From contig DXJF01000107.1 in NCBI GenBank assembly GCA_019057375.1, positions 1 to 47,072 on the forward strand: a stretch of 47,072 nucleotides of DNA, read 5' to 3'. This document shows positions 37,616 through 46,055 of the stretch, piece by piece; the stretch's first letter is position 1; every line of letters begins with the position of its first letter. The notes beneath the pieces are model-generated. The model worked only from the letters and a program-made list of their open reading frames with translations. It was not told where the DNA came from and did not search any database. The stretch is from Candidatus Heimdallarchaeota archaeon. Its GTDB lineage: Archaea > Asgardarchaeota > Heimdallarchaeia > Heimdallarchaeales > Heimdallarchaeaceae. The position numbers and the translations under genes are program-made.

Positions 37616-37672
37616 GCTAATGATGACACAACGGTCGAGTGAAAACATGATCGCTGATGGGCGGTCTGAGGC
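37616..37672 (+). ncRNA. Dual-guide box C/D sRNA (2'-O-methylation guide)
   Basis: C box ATGATGA 37620-26; D' guide 37627-38; D' GTGA 37639-42; C' ATGATCG 37647-53; D guide 37654-65; D box CTGA 37666-69; short terminal GCT/GGC stem. Guides are complementary to universally conserved rRNA (SSU ACCGCCCGUCA; LSU GACCGUCGUG). Confidence 0.88.
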
Positions 37673-37687
37673 AGTTCTTCATTCTTT

Positions 37688-39382
37688 CTAAGCAACAACC
37701 GTGTTGATAATTTCTTGATATTTATAGAATGAGAGCCTACGATGACCAGTTTGTCCAACTAATCCTAGTGAATTTCCACCTGATAAGTCATCTATTAGTG
37801 AGAAATAATTGAAACCTTTTATCTTGCTTTCTTTTACACATATCTCAAGTAATCTAGCTAAAGCAGCTTCTTGAATTCTTTCACCGTACATAACAGCTGA
37901 TACACCAAATTCACACACCCAGAAATCTTTTGTGTTACTTGTTACATCTTGAAGATAGGGGGCTAAATCAAGATCCCTACCATGAATTATATAAAAGTCG
38001 ATTCCCATGAAATCAAGAGTAGTATTTTCCCATAATTCTTCGAATACACTAGTTTCATAAGAATATTTATCAAAATCATTAAATGAGAGATTTACACCTA
38101 TCTCTGTATCATTTGTAAAAGTTCTAAGATAGCTCAAAGAATCGTTTATAGTAGACGCCCAGATTGCAGGTGTTTGTAACTCTTTAACAAATGCTGAAGA
38201 GAACCCTAAGGGTTCTGGGTAAATAAGTAAGTATTCAGGAGTACAGTTAAGAATCAATGTTTTAGCTTGTTGTTCGATGGCATCAACATAATCAGTGAAA
38301 TTGACCCCCTGATAATTCCATGTTGGAAAACCGTATCCATACGTTGATAACATAATTTTAAAACCATTTGCATGGAGTTGGTCTGTGATATCTACAAGTT
38401 CTGTTAGATTGTTATCAATAATCTCTGCTTTAATATCAATTCTTACAGTGGAAACATTCAGTTCCTTGATTAAAGCTAATTCCTCTTGAAAGAGTTCTTC
38501 ATAATTAGCCAACAGGGTTTGTTGATAAGTAATTGTCTTTAATGATACACTGAATTCAAAATCAGTTCTTTCAAGATATGTAGGTTGATAGTCTGAGCCT
38601 TTAAAATCACTGAATGAAGTGAATGTACCAATATTTAGAAGGCTAAATACTATTAGTAAAATAAATAGAATGGCAAATATTCCTTTTGAACCATTATCTA
38701 GAAAAGAAAGTATTGTTGACCACATTGCAGGTTTCTTCTTTTCTGGAATCACAATCTCTTCTGTAAATACACTCTCTTTTGAATCTTTACCTTGCTTTTT
38801 GGTTTTTTTAGTTGGAGTTTTCTCAGGTTCCGGTTCTGGTTCAGGAGGTCTCATAAATTTTATAGGAGCAGCAAGGGGAATCAAAAGAAGTGCAGGAAAG
38901 AAATAACCTACTGGACCATATAGAAAAGCTTGGAAAGCTGAATATCCAACTGAAGGAATAATCATAATCCACTCTAGAATTCGAGGCAAGCCAAAAATTG
39001 TTTGAGCTTCAATGAAATTTAGTAATAACATAAATGACTGCAATGATAAAACTGTGAAGAAAATATAGTTAGCTTTGCCCCATCTTGAGACTTCAATTGA
39101 ATTTTTGAATGCTAAAATTGTAGCTAATAAGTTGTTTACAAACAGAAGAAAACAACCTACTAGACCCCCCCAAACAAAATCTACTGACAATGAAAAATTA
39201 AACCAAAAGAAGAAAAGAATCGTTCCTACAAAGATTAGTCCGGCAGATGATAAATTCCATGCTTTCCTTTCATAAAGAGGATTTGATAAAGAATTATAAA
39301 TCAACTTAAGTGACAAACCCGCATTATATAACAGTGCGATATAAACAAAAATGAATGAGGCTTCAGGAGTAATAATAGACAT
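37688..39382 (-). CDS. Multi-TM membrane protein fused to a clan GH-A-like TIM-barrel glycoside hydrolase
   Basis: Several hydrophobic N-terminal segments, a PPEPEPEPE linker and one more TM. Then VRID, LIYPEP (acid/base-like), DFMGIDFY, WVCEFG (nucleophile-like), GFNYFSLID. Confidence 0.65.
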   Translation of the reverse strand: MSIITPEASFIFVYIALLYNAGLSLKLIYNSLSNPLYERKAWNLSSAGLIFVGTILFFFWFNFSLSVDFVWGGLVGCFLLFVNNLLATILAFKNSIEVSRWGKANYIFFTVLSLQSFMLLLNFIEAQTIFGLPRILEWIMIIPSVGYSAFQAFLYGPVGYFFPALLLIPLAAPIKFMRPPEPEPEPEKTPTKKTKKQGKDSKESVFTEEIVIPEKKKPAMWSTILSFLDNGSKGIFAILFILLIVFSLLNIGTFTSFSDFKGSDYQPTYLERTDFEFSVSLKTITYQQTLLANYEELFQEELALIKELNVSTVRIDIKAEIIDNNLTELVDITDQLHANGFKIMLSTYGYGFPTWNYQGVNFTDYVDAIEQQAKTLILNCTPEYLLIYPEPLGFSSAFVKELQTPAIWASTINDSLSYLRTFTNDTEIGVNLSFNDFDKYSYETSVFEELWENTTLDFMGIDFYIIHGRDLDLAPYLQDVTSNTKDFWVCEFGVSAVMYGERIQEAALARLLEICVKESKIKGFNYFSLIDDLSGGNSLGLVGQTGHRRLSFYKYQEIINTVVA

Positions 39383-39439
39383 CTTTCTCATGTGAAAAAA
39401 GATGACACGTTTAAATGTCTTACCATTTAAAGTAGAAAA

Positions 39440-40180
39440 TCATCTGAAAATAAGATTATGAAGATCTTCTATTGTACCTCTGTAATCAGGCATAATGTCT
39501 TCTGTCATATTCTCCTTATTTTCAAAAGCGGTCTCCACTAGAAAAGTTTTGTAGCCATACTTCTTAGCTACCATATCCCTATAGCCATCATTTCCTACCA
39601 TTAATGATTTCTGTGGATTTATTGCAGTCTTTTTAGCTATGTTTAACCAATAATTGCTATTATTTTTGCAATAATTAGAATTTTCAGCGTGTGTAATAAG
39701 ATCAAAGACATTTTCAGGAATACCTCCCCATTCCATTCTTTTTCTTACAGCTATGAAAGGAAAAACAGGATTGGTTGCTAAAATCAATTTCTTTTCAGGA
39801 AGGAGTTTCTTAAGATTCTGTAATAAAGTACTAGCACCTTTCATCTTGGAAATTAGTGGTTTTATAGCTTTATATTCAGTATCGTAGAACTGTAAAAATC
39901 TTTTTCGTATAGTCTCATAATCTATATCAAATTTTGGACAGAAATCTTCCATAAAATCAACAAGAGTTGTAGTATTCCCGTTGTCACCATTTTCCATCAC
40001 ATCTGTAGATTTGAGTAATTCTGTGTAAAATGTTTCAGGATTAGGAACTAAATCTATGAAGAACTTCGCAGCTGCTCCTAGATAGGTCTTAATGAAAGAT
40101 TCTGGTTCAAAATATATCAAGGTTCCATCTAAATCAAAAAGTAATGCTTCAAAATTCATTTTTATCACTAGTCTAGTCAT
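39440..40180 (-). CDS. HAD-family hydrolase
   Basis: FDLDGT, LATNP, MVGNDGYRDM. ATGA overlap with the upstream degV. Confidence 0.88.
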   Translation of the reverse strand: MTRLVIKMNFEALLFDLDGTLIYFEPESFIKTYLGAAAKFFIDLVPNPETFYTELLKSTDVMENGDNGNTTTLVDFMEDFCPKFDIDYETIRKRFLQFYDTEYKAIKPLISKMKGASTLLQNLKKLLPEKKLILATNPVFPFIAVRKRMEWGGIPENVFDLITHAENSNYCKNNSNYWLNIAKKTAINPQKSLMVGNDGYRDMVAKKYGYKTFLVETAFENKENMTEDIMPDYRGTIEDLHNLIFR

Positions 40181-41055
40181 TTTAGAAATTTATAATGTGT
40201 ATCCAAACAAATACCGATACAACCAGGACCTGTATGAGTAGTTACAGCCATCCCTAGATCATCTATTGATATGTTGTGTTCCTCAGGCTTAAACCTATCA
40301 ACGATGTGATCTTTCAGTAATTTTGCAGAATCCATATTCTTTGCATGCATAATATAAGCATTAAAAGTATTGGGTCTCCCTGTTTTTTCATAAACATACT
40401 CAAATGATTCAATGACAGCGTTTTCATGACCCTTAACAGTTTTAGCTACATCCATCTTACCATCTTCAAAAACTATTACAGGTTTCCTATCAGCAATTTT
40501 ACCTACCCAGTACTTCGATCTACTAAGTCTACCTCCCCTGTGTAGATATTTTAAATCAGCTACAGTAAAACCAACTGCTAGCTTATCTCTATATTCATCT
40601 AATTTGGGGATTATTTCATCGGCACTTAGACCTTTTTCAGCAAGCTCAGCTGCCATGATTGAAATTATACCTATACCAAAAGTTGCTAGTTTTGAATCGT
40701 AAATAAGAATTTTAGATGGGTTCTTAACCTTCTGTTCATATCTTCTTCTAGCATTAATAGCCGTATTGAAGGAACCAGAAATACCTGAAGAAATGACTAC
40801 ATTTATTACTTCATCCGCTTCCTTTCCTAATTTCTCAAATAATTCATATTGGTGGTAAAGAGTTGAATTAGCAGTTTGAGGGTAGACTTTAGAGGTGAAA
40901 AATTTATCGTAATATTGCTCTAAATCGATATCTATTCCTTCATAGTATATCTCATCCCCAAATCTTATCACTGTTGGAACTAGTGATAGATTGTACTTCT
41001 TGATTAAATCTGGAGTTATATCTGCAGCGCTATCTGTCATTATTCTTACAGTCAT
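40177..41055 (-). CDS. degV: DegV/FakB fatty-acid-binding protein (paralog A, intact)
   Basis: IMTDSAAD, PQTANS, ISSGISGSF, YDSK, LKYLHRGGRL, THTGPG. Confidence 0.93.
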   Translation of the reverse strand: MTVRIMTDSAADITPDLIKKYNLSLVPTVIRFGDEIYYEGIDIDLEQYYDKFFTSKVYPQTANSTLYHQYELFEKLGKEADEVINVVISSGISGSFNTAINARRRYEQKVKNPSKILIYDSKLATFGIGIISIMAAELAEKGLSADEIIPKLDEYRDKLAVGFTVADLKYLHRGGRLSRSKYWVGKIADRKPVIVFEDGKMDVAKTVKGHENAVIESFEYVYEKTGRPNTFNAYIMHAKNMDSAKLLKDHIVDRFKPEEHNISIDDLGMAVTTHTGPGCIGICLDTHYKFLK

Positions 41056-41111
41056 CTGATAAACCTAATGGAAAGAAAAAAAAGTTAAATTTAAACTTTG
41101 CTTGTTTAAAT

Positions 41112-41999
41112 CTAATATTCAAAGTTTTTGGTCATTATTGGAACTATTGTCCTAGGACCAGTATGGGCACTTATTGCTCCACCCATAGTAAATATCTTAC
41201 CAATTTTCATACCAGGATATTGTTCCTCGAATTGTGAGGCATATTCTTTTGTTTCATTGTAAAATGATGCTTGTACGAAATGTAATGTTAATTCACTAGG
41301 GTCAGCTTGCAAATCATCTATCAACATCTCAACGATTGTTTGTATTGTCTTATCTATTCCTGAAGCACTTTTAACAGGTTCAATTTTACCATCGATAAAA
41401 GTGAGAATAGGATTTTTTGAAAGAAGAGAACCTAAAACATACTTGGCTCGACTTAATCTTCCACCATCAAAAAGCCATCTTAAGTCATTCACTGTAAAAT
41501 AAAATGATTCATCTTTAGTTCTCCATTCATCAAGCTTGGGTATAAGTTGGTCAACACTTAAGCCTTCTTTGATAAGATTGGCTGCTTTTAGAACAATTAA
41601 TCATAAAGGTGTACTAGCTTTTCTAGTATCATAAATGTGTATTTTAGCTCCATCCGGATTCTGTTTTTCGTACATTTTCTTAGCCATATTTGCATTAGCT
41701 ACAGCACCACTAACTTCAGCTGAGAGATGCATGGAGATGATATCATCTGCTTTATCTGCGAATTTTTCATAAGCTGCGAGTAAATCTGCTTGAGTAGATT
41801 GAGATGTTGTTGGATGAACATCAGTTTTATTAAGTCGTTCATGTAATTCTGAAGTTTTTAAATCCGTTAGTTCCTTGAAAGCATCAGTTCCAAACATTAC
41901 CTGCATAGGAACCCACTCAATGTCATATTTCTCGTAGAGAGTTTCATCATTTTGTAGGTTTAAATCGGCGCTTGTGTCACATATGATCTTAATTGTCAT
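41112..41999 (-). pseudogene. degV: DegV paralog B1 interrupted by one in-frame TGA
   Basis: 888 nt, the same length as intact B2. The frame is continuous across TGA 41601-41603 (...ASTPL*LIVLKAANL...), aligned to Gly in B2 (SANFGLIALKAANL). Confidence 0.88.
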
Positions 42000-42055
42000 A
42001 GCTGTATTGCAAATAGCTTTTTTTTAAATACTTACTACTTTTATGAATAAATAAT

Positions 42056-42318
42056 AATGACTATATTTATCACTTCATCCGCTTCATTTCCTAATTTCTC
42101 AAATAATTCATATTGGTGGTAAAGAGTTGAATTAGCAGTTTGAGGGAGGACTTTAGAGGTGAAAAATTTATCGTAATATTGCTCTAAATCCATATCTATT
42201 TCTTCATAGTATATCTCATCCCCAAATCTTATCATTGTTGGAACTAGTGATAGATTGTACTTCTTGATTAAATCTGGAGTTATATCTGCAGCGCTATCTG
42301 CATTATTCTTACAGTCAT
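42056..42318 (-). pseudogene. Truncated, frameshifted copy of the 5' end of degV-A
   Basis: About 96% identical (hand count) to 40792-41055. A 1-bp deletion near codon 6 (CTGTCATT to CTGCATT). Ends at the degV-B1 promoter. Confidence 0.88.
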
Positions 42319-42375
42319 CTGATAAACCTAAATGAAAATAAAAAAAAGTTAAATTCAAACTTTGCTTGTTTAAAT

Positions 42376-43263
42376 CTAATATTCAAAGTTTTTTGTAAGC
42401 ATTATACCAATTGTTCCAGGACCAGTATGAGCTGCTATTACACCACCCATAGTGAAAATCTTTCCTTTTTTCAAACCGGGATATTGTTCCTGAAATTGAG
42501 CCGCACAATCTTCTGCTTCAGAGTAAATGTCTGCTTGAGTGAAATGTACTGTCAATTCACTAGGATCAGCTTGCAAATCACTCATCTGCATCTCAATTAT
42601 TGCTTGTATAGCAGCATCCTTTCCTGAAACACTTTTAATGGGTACAATTTTCCCATCTATCATTTGGAAAATGGGTATTTTTGACAATAGAGAACCTACA
42701 ACATACTTTGTCCTGCTCAATCTTCCCCCTTGAAACAGCCATTTTAGGTCTTTTACTGTAAAGTAGAAGGATTGATCTTTTGTTCTCCACTCATCAAGCT
42801 TTGGTATAATTTCTTCAGCACTCAAACCTTCCTTTGCAAGGTTTGCTGCCTTTAAAGCAATCAACCCGAAGTTTGCACTAGCTGTTCTGGAATCAAAAAT
42901 GTGTATTTTTGCCCCATCTGGATTCTGTTTCTCATACATTTTTTTAGCCATACGAGCACTGGCTATAGCTCCACTAATTTCTCCAGAGATATGTATAGAA
43001 ATAATGTCATCAACTTTGTCACCAAATTTTTCAAAAGCAGTGAGTAAATCTGCTTGAGTAGACTGAGAAGTTGTTGGATGAACATCAGTTTTAGAAAGTT
43101 TTTCATAGAATTCTGATGTTTTGATATCTACTAATTCCTTGTAAGCTTCTGTTCCAAACATAACTTGCATTGGAACCCATTCAATGTCATATTTCTGGTA
43201 TAATGTTTCATCATTTTGTAAGTTTAAATCGGCGCTTGTATCACATATGATTTTAACTGTCAT
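42376..43263 (-). CDS. degV: DegV/FakB fatty-acid-binding protein (paralog B2, intact)
   Basis: ICDTSAD, PTTSQS, HISGEISG, FDSR, LKWLFQGGRL, AHTGPG. Confidence 0.93.
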   Translation of the reverse strand: MTVKIICDTSADLNLQNDETLYQKYDIEWVPMQVMFGTEAYKELVDIKTSEFYEKLSKTDVHPTTSQSTQADLLTAFEKFGDKVDDIISIHISGEISGAIASARMAKKMYEKQNPDGAKIHIFDSRTASANFGLIALKAANLAKEGLSAEEIIPKLDEWRTKDQSFYFTVKDLKWLFQGGRLSRTKYVVGSLLSKIPIFQMIDGKIVPIKSVSGKDAAIQAIIEMQMSDLQADPSELTVHFTQADIYSEAEDCAAQFQEQYPGLKKGKIFTMGGVIAAHTGPGTIGIMLTKNFEY

Positions 43264-43439
43264 AGCTGTACTTCATAAAATAGCTTTTTCTTAAACATTT
43301 ACTACTTTTATGAATAAATAATAATGATTTAGATAACAACTGATTAATTTCCGAATGTGAACGAAGAAAGATACAGAAGAGCAAAATATTTAAATTGGCT
43401 GATTCAAGCATGTTTAGAAGATTAAGGAATAAGAAATCA

Positions 43440-44186
43440 ATGATTAAAAGAATCTTTAGATCAGCAACAGTATATCTTACAATTATACTATTTCTAGGCT
43501 TAACTATTTCACACTCATCCACTAATAGTGCAATTGCTCTTAATTCAGAAAACAATATGACTACAACAATAAACAAGACTCTTCAAACATTTAATCAATT
43601 CAATGATTCTTTCCTTGATAGACCCATTCTTGATATTGCTAAAGATGTTAACGATACAGAAATCAATCCAGATATCGAGGAATGGATTTTTGTTAACATT
43701 ACCATTAAGAACATCGGTAACCAAACTGCATATAATCTTACAACAGTTGATCCAAGTTTTTCTGATTGGGCTATTTCTAGTTTAAATCTAACAACCCAAA
43801 AGTATGTAATAGTAGAACCAAATGCAACTATATACTATTACTATTACTTCAAACCTCTTTATGAAGGAAACTTTACTTTGGAACCAACTACTATAGAATA
43901 TTACGGCATTGATGAAACAAAATATGATGCACAGTCACAGAGATTCATCATTTCATCTATTAAGCCTGAGAATATTGTAGTTTTAGATGCAAAGCTCTGG
44001 TTGAATATCTTGTATTATTCATTAGCTATAGTATTTGGAATAGGAGCTCTTGTTTTAATTGATTATCTTGTTTTTAAGAGACCTCGAGAAGTTAAGAAAA
44101 AGAAGGAGAAACAAAGGGATAAAAAAGGAACTGTTACCCAAAAAAGTAAGAAGCAGATTAAAAGAAAAACCAAGAAAAGAAGGTAA
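43440..44186 (+). CDS. Cell-surface protein with signal/TM segment, Ig-like (BatD/DUF11-like) domain, C-terminal TM and basic tail
   Basis: VNITIKNIGNQTAYNLTTVD...G.FTLEPTTIEY pattern, several N-x-S/T sequons, KKKKEK-rich tail. ATG 43440 preferred. Confidence 0.7.
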   Translation: MIKRIFRSATVYLTIILFLGLTISHSSTNSAIALNSENNMTTTINKTLQTFNQFNDSFLDRPILDIAKDVNDTEINPDIEEWIFVNITIKNIGNQTAYNLTTVDPSFSDWAISSLNLTTQKYVIVEPNATIYYYYYFKPLYEGNFTLEPTTIEYYGIDETKYDAQSQRFIISSIKPENIVVLDAKLWLNILYYSLAIVFGIGALVLIDYLVFKRPREVKKKKEKQRDKKGTVTQKSKKQIKRKTKKRR

Positions 44187-44254
44187 TCTTTCCTTTTTCT
44201 TTAAAACGTCAACAAATCTCATATTTTATATATTACCAGAAGCAAGTGATTTTG

Positions 44255-45232
44255 ATGTCTTTAAAAGAAATTACTAACATGGACCTAAAATACATTTTAG
44301 TTGGGGGAAAAGGAGGCGTAGGGAAAACAAGTGTTGCCTCGGCACTAGGAATAGCTTTGGCTGAACTAGGTAAAAGAGTATTAATTATCTCAACTGACCC
44401 TGCACATAGTGTTTCTGATTCGTTTGACATGGATTTCTCCAAGGGTGAAATAACTAAAGTCAAAGGAGTTGTTGGTGACCTATTTGCTCTTGAAATCAAT
44501 CCTGCTGCAGCAGGTGATGAAATATCTAAGGCTATAGGACAACCTGTTGATTCAGATCAATTCTCACAATTTTCGGCTATTCCTGGTTTAGGGGAATTAC
44601 GACAAGGTTTGGGTCAAGATTTACAATCGATTCCTCCTCCAGGTATGGATGAAGCCCTATCTTTTGCAAAAATTCTAGAATATGCTGAGGATGAAATATA
44701 CGACACAGTAATCCTTGATACAGCTCCAACTGGTCACACTTTACGATTATTAAATATTCCTGAGTTCCTTGATTCATTTTTAGGAAGAATGCTTAAAATG
44801 AAAACTTTCCTTTCAAATGCAATGACAATGATGAAATCCTTATTTGGAGGAAGTCAAGAAAAGGACAGAACTGTCGAAACTCTTGAGACTATGAAAGAGA
44901 AGGTTTTGGTTGCGAGAGACAAGTTGATGGATGAAGAACAAACACAATTCATTAAAGTACTAATTCCAACAATGATGAGTGTTTTTGAAACAGAAAGACT
45001 TGCAGAAGAACTAGATCAACATCTCATTTCACATAGATTTGCGGTAGTAAATCAGATAAATCCAGCTAGTGATGTTTGCACCTATTGTATGCATAGACAC
45101 AAAGAGCACATAAAGAATATTAAATATATCAAATCAGCCTTTCCAGAAACAACCATAACTGAAATTGAAGCATTAGATAGAGAAATTAGAGGACTAAATA
45201 TGCTTCAGGTATTCAAAGAAAAACTACTATAG
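44255..45232 (+). CDS. get3: Get3/TRC40-like (ArsA-family) ATPase
   Basis: GGKGGVGKT, STDPAHS, PGMDEA, DTAPTGHTLRLL, Met-rich insert, CTYC. Confidence 0.85.
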   Translation: MSLKEITNMDLKYILVGGKGGVGKTSVASALGIALAELGKRVLIISTDPAHSVSDSFDMDFSKGEITKVKGVVGDLFALEINPAAAGDEISKAIGQPVDSDQFSQFSAIPGLGELRQGLGQDLQSIPPPGMDEALSFAKILEYAEDEIYDTVILDTAPTGHTLRLLNIPEFLDSFLGRMLKMKTFLSNAMTMMKSLFGGSQEKDRTVETLETMKEKVLVARDKLMDEEQTQFIKVLIPTMMSVFETERLAEELDQHLISHRFAVVNQINPASDVCTYCMHRHKEHIKNIKYIKSAFPETTITEIEALDREIRGLNMLQVFKEKLL

Positions 45233-45242
45233 TTGTGATGAA

Positions 45243-46049
45243 ATGTTTTCTCAGACAGACTCCTCAATATTAAACGAAAAAGAATCTGGTACTTCATATG
45301 CAGATGGTCATTGCCATCTGATTACTGATTGGTTTACCATGGAAGATATTGAGATAATTGTCGATAAATCTCAACGAGCAAACGTGAAAGTTATTGTAAA
45401 TAGTGCACTAGAAGAAGAAAAATATCAGTTTGGACTAGAAACCACACAATTCAAAGAAATTTATCTATCAATAGGTGTTGAAACAACAAAAATCTCCCAA
45501 GAGAGATATGATCAATTTGTAAAATTTTTCAATGAAAATGAAGATAACATTGTTGCAATAGGTGAAATTGGTCTTGATTTTCATTGGATAAAAGAATCTG
45601 ATTTGAGAAAACTTCAAGAAAAATACTTTAGAAAATTAATAGATTTTGCTCAAGAACATGATAAACCAATTGTAATCCATTCAAGAGGAGCAGAGGGTAA
45701 AGCAATTGAAATTCTCAAAGAGAAAGGAGCAGAGGATGTTCTTATGCACTGTTTTGGAGGTACAGAAGAGCAAGCTAGTGAAATCTCCAAATTATCATGG
45801 TATATAACTGTTCCAACCAGCGCAGTTTTTAGAAAAAACTTTCAAAATATCCTCAAAGCAACTTCTTTAGACAGTTTAATGTTTGAAACAGACAGTCCAT
45901 TTCATTCATTAGAAAAAGGAGTAAATAATGATCCATCTAGTATTCCAATACTTTGTGATAAAGCAGCTAAGATGCTTGATCTAGATGAGAAACTATTAGC
46001 TGATATAACTTTCAATAACACATGCACATTTTATAGAATCCAATCATAA
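45243..46049 (+). CDS. tatD: TatD-family nuclease
   Basis: DGHCHL, AIGEIGLDFHW, VIHSR, MHCF, FETDSP. Confidence 0.93.
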   Translation: MFSQTDSSILNEKESGTSYADGHCHLITDWFTMEDIEIIVDKSQRANVKVIVNSALEEEKYQFGLETTQFKEIYLSIGVETTKISQERYDQFVKFFNENEDNIVAIGEIGLDFHWIKESDLRKLQEKYFRKLIDFAQEHDKPIVIHSRGAEGKAIEILKEKGAEDVLMHCFGGTEEQASEISKLSWYITVPTSAVFRKNFQNILKATSLDSLMFETDSPFHSLEKGVNNDPSSIPILCDKAAKMLDLDEKLLADITFNNTCTFYRIQS

Positions 46050-46055
46050 TATGGA

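Larger units (their letters stand above)
40792..43327. repeat. Tandem duplication of a ~1.26-kb unit (5' part of degV-A + spacer + degV-B + its promoter)
   Basis: Constant offset of about 1264 nt (41112/42376; 41999/43263; 40792/42056). AATGA microhomology at 40792, 42056 and 43323. Confidence 0.85.

Noticed and set aside
41601-41603. Selenocysteine or alternative-code reading of the in-frame TGA in degV-B1
   Set aside because: It aligns to Gly rather than Cys, and TGA is used as a normal stop elsewhere in the window (etfB, fixC, purP1, degV-A). No SECIS-like hairpin was recognised.
42041-42358. Listed 105-aa ORF as a real gene
   Set aside because: It is an artefact of the frameshifted degV-A fragment: its N-terminus reads through the intergenic spacer and joins the DegV frame only after the 1-bp deletion.
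43323-43420. Second C/D sRNA from ATGATTT...CTGA...CTGA between degV-B2 and the surface protein gene
   Set aside because: Poor C box, wrong spacing, no C' box and no rRNA complementarity; it overlaps promoter DNA.
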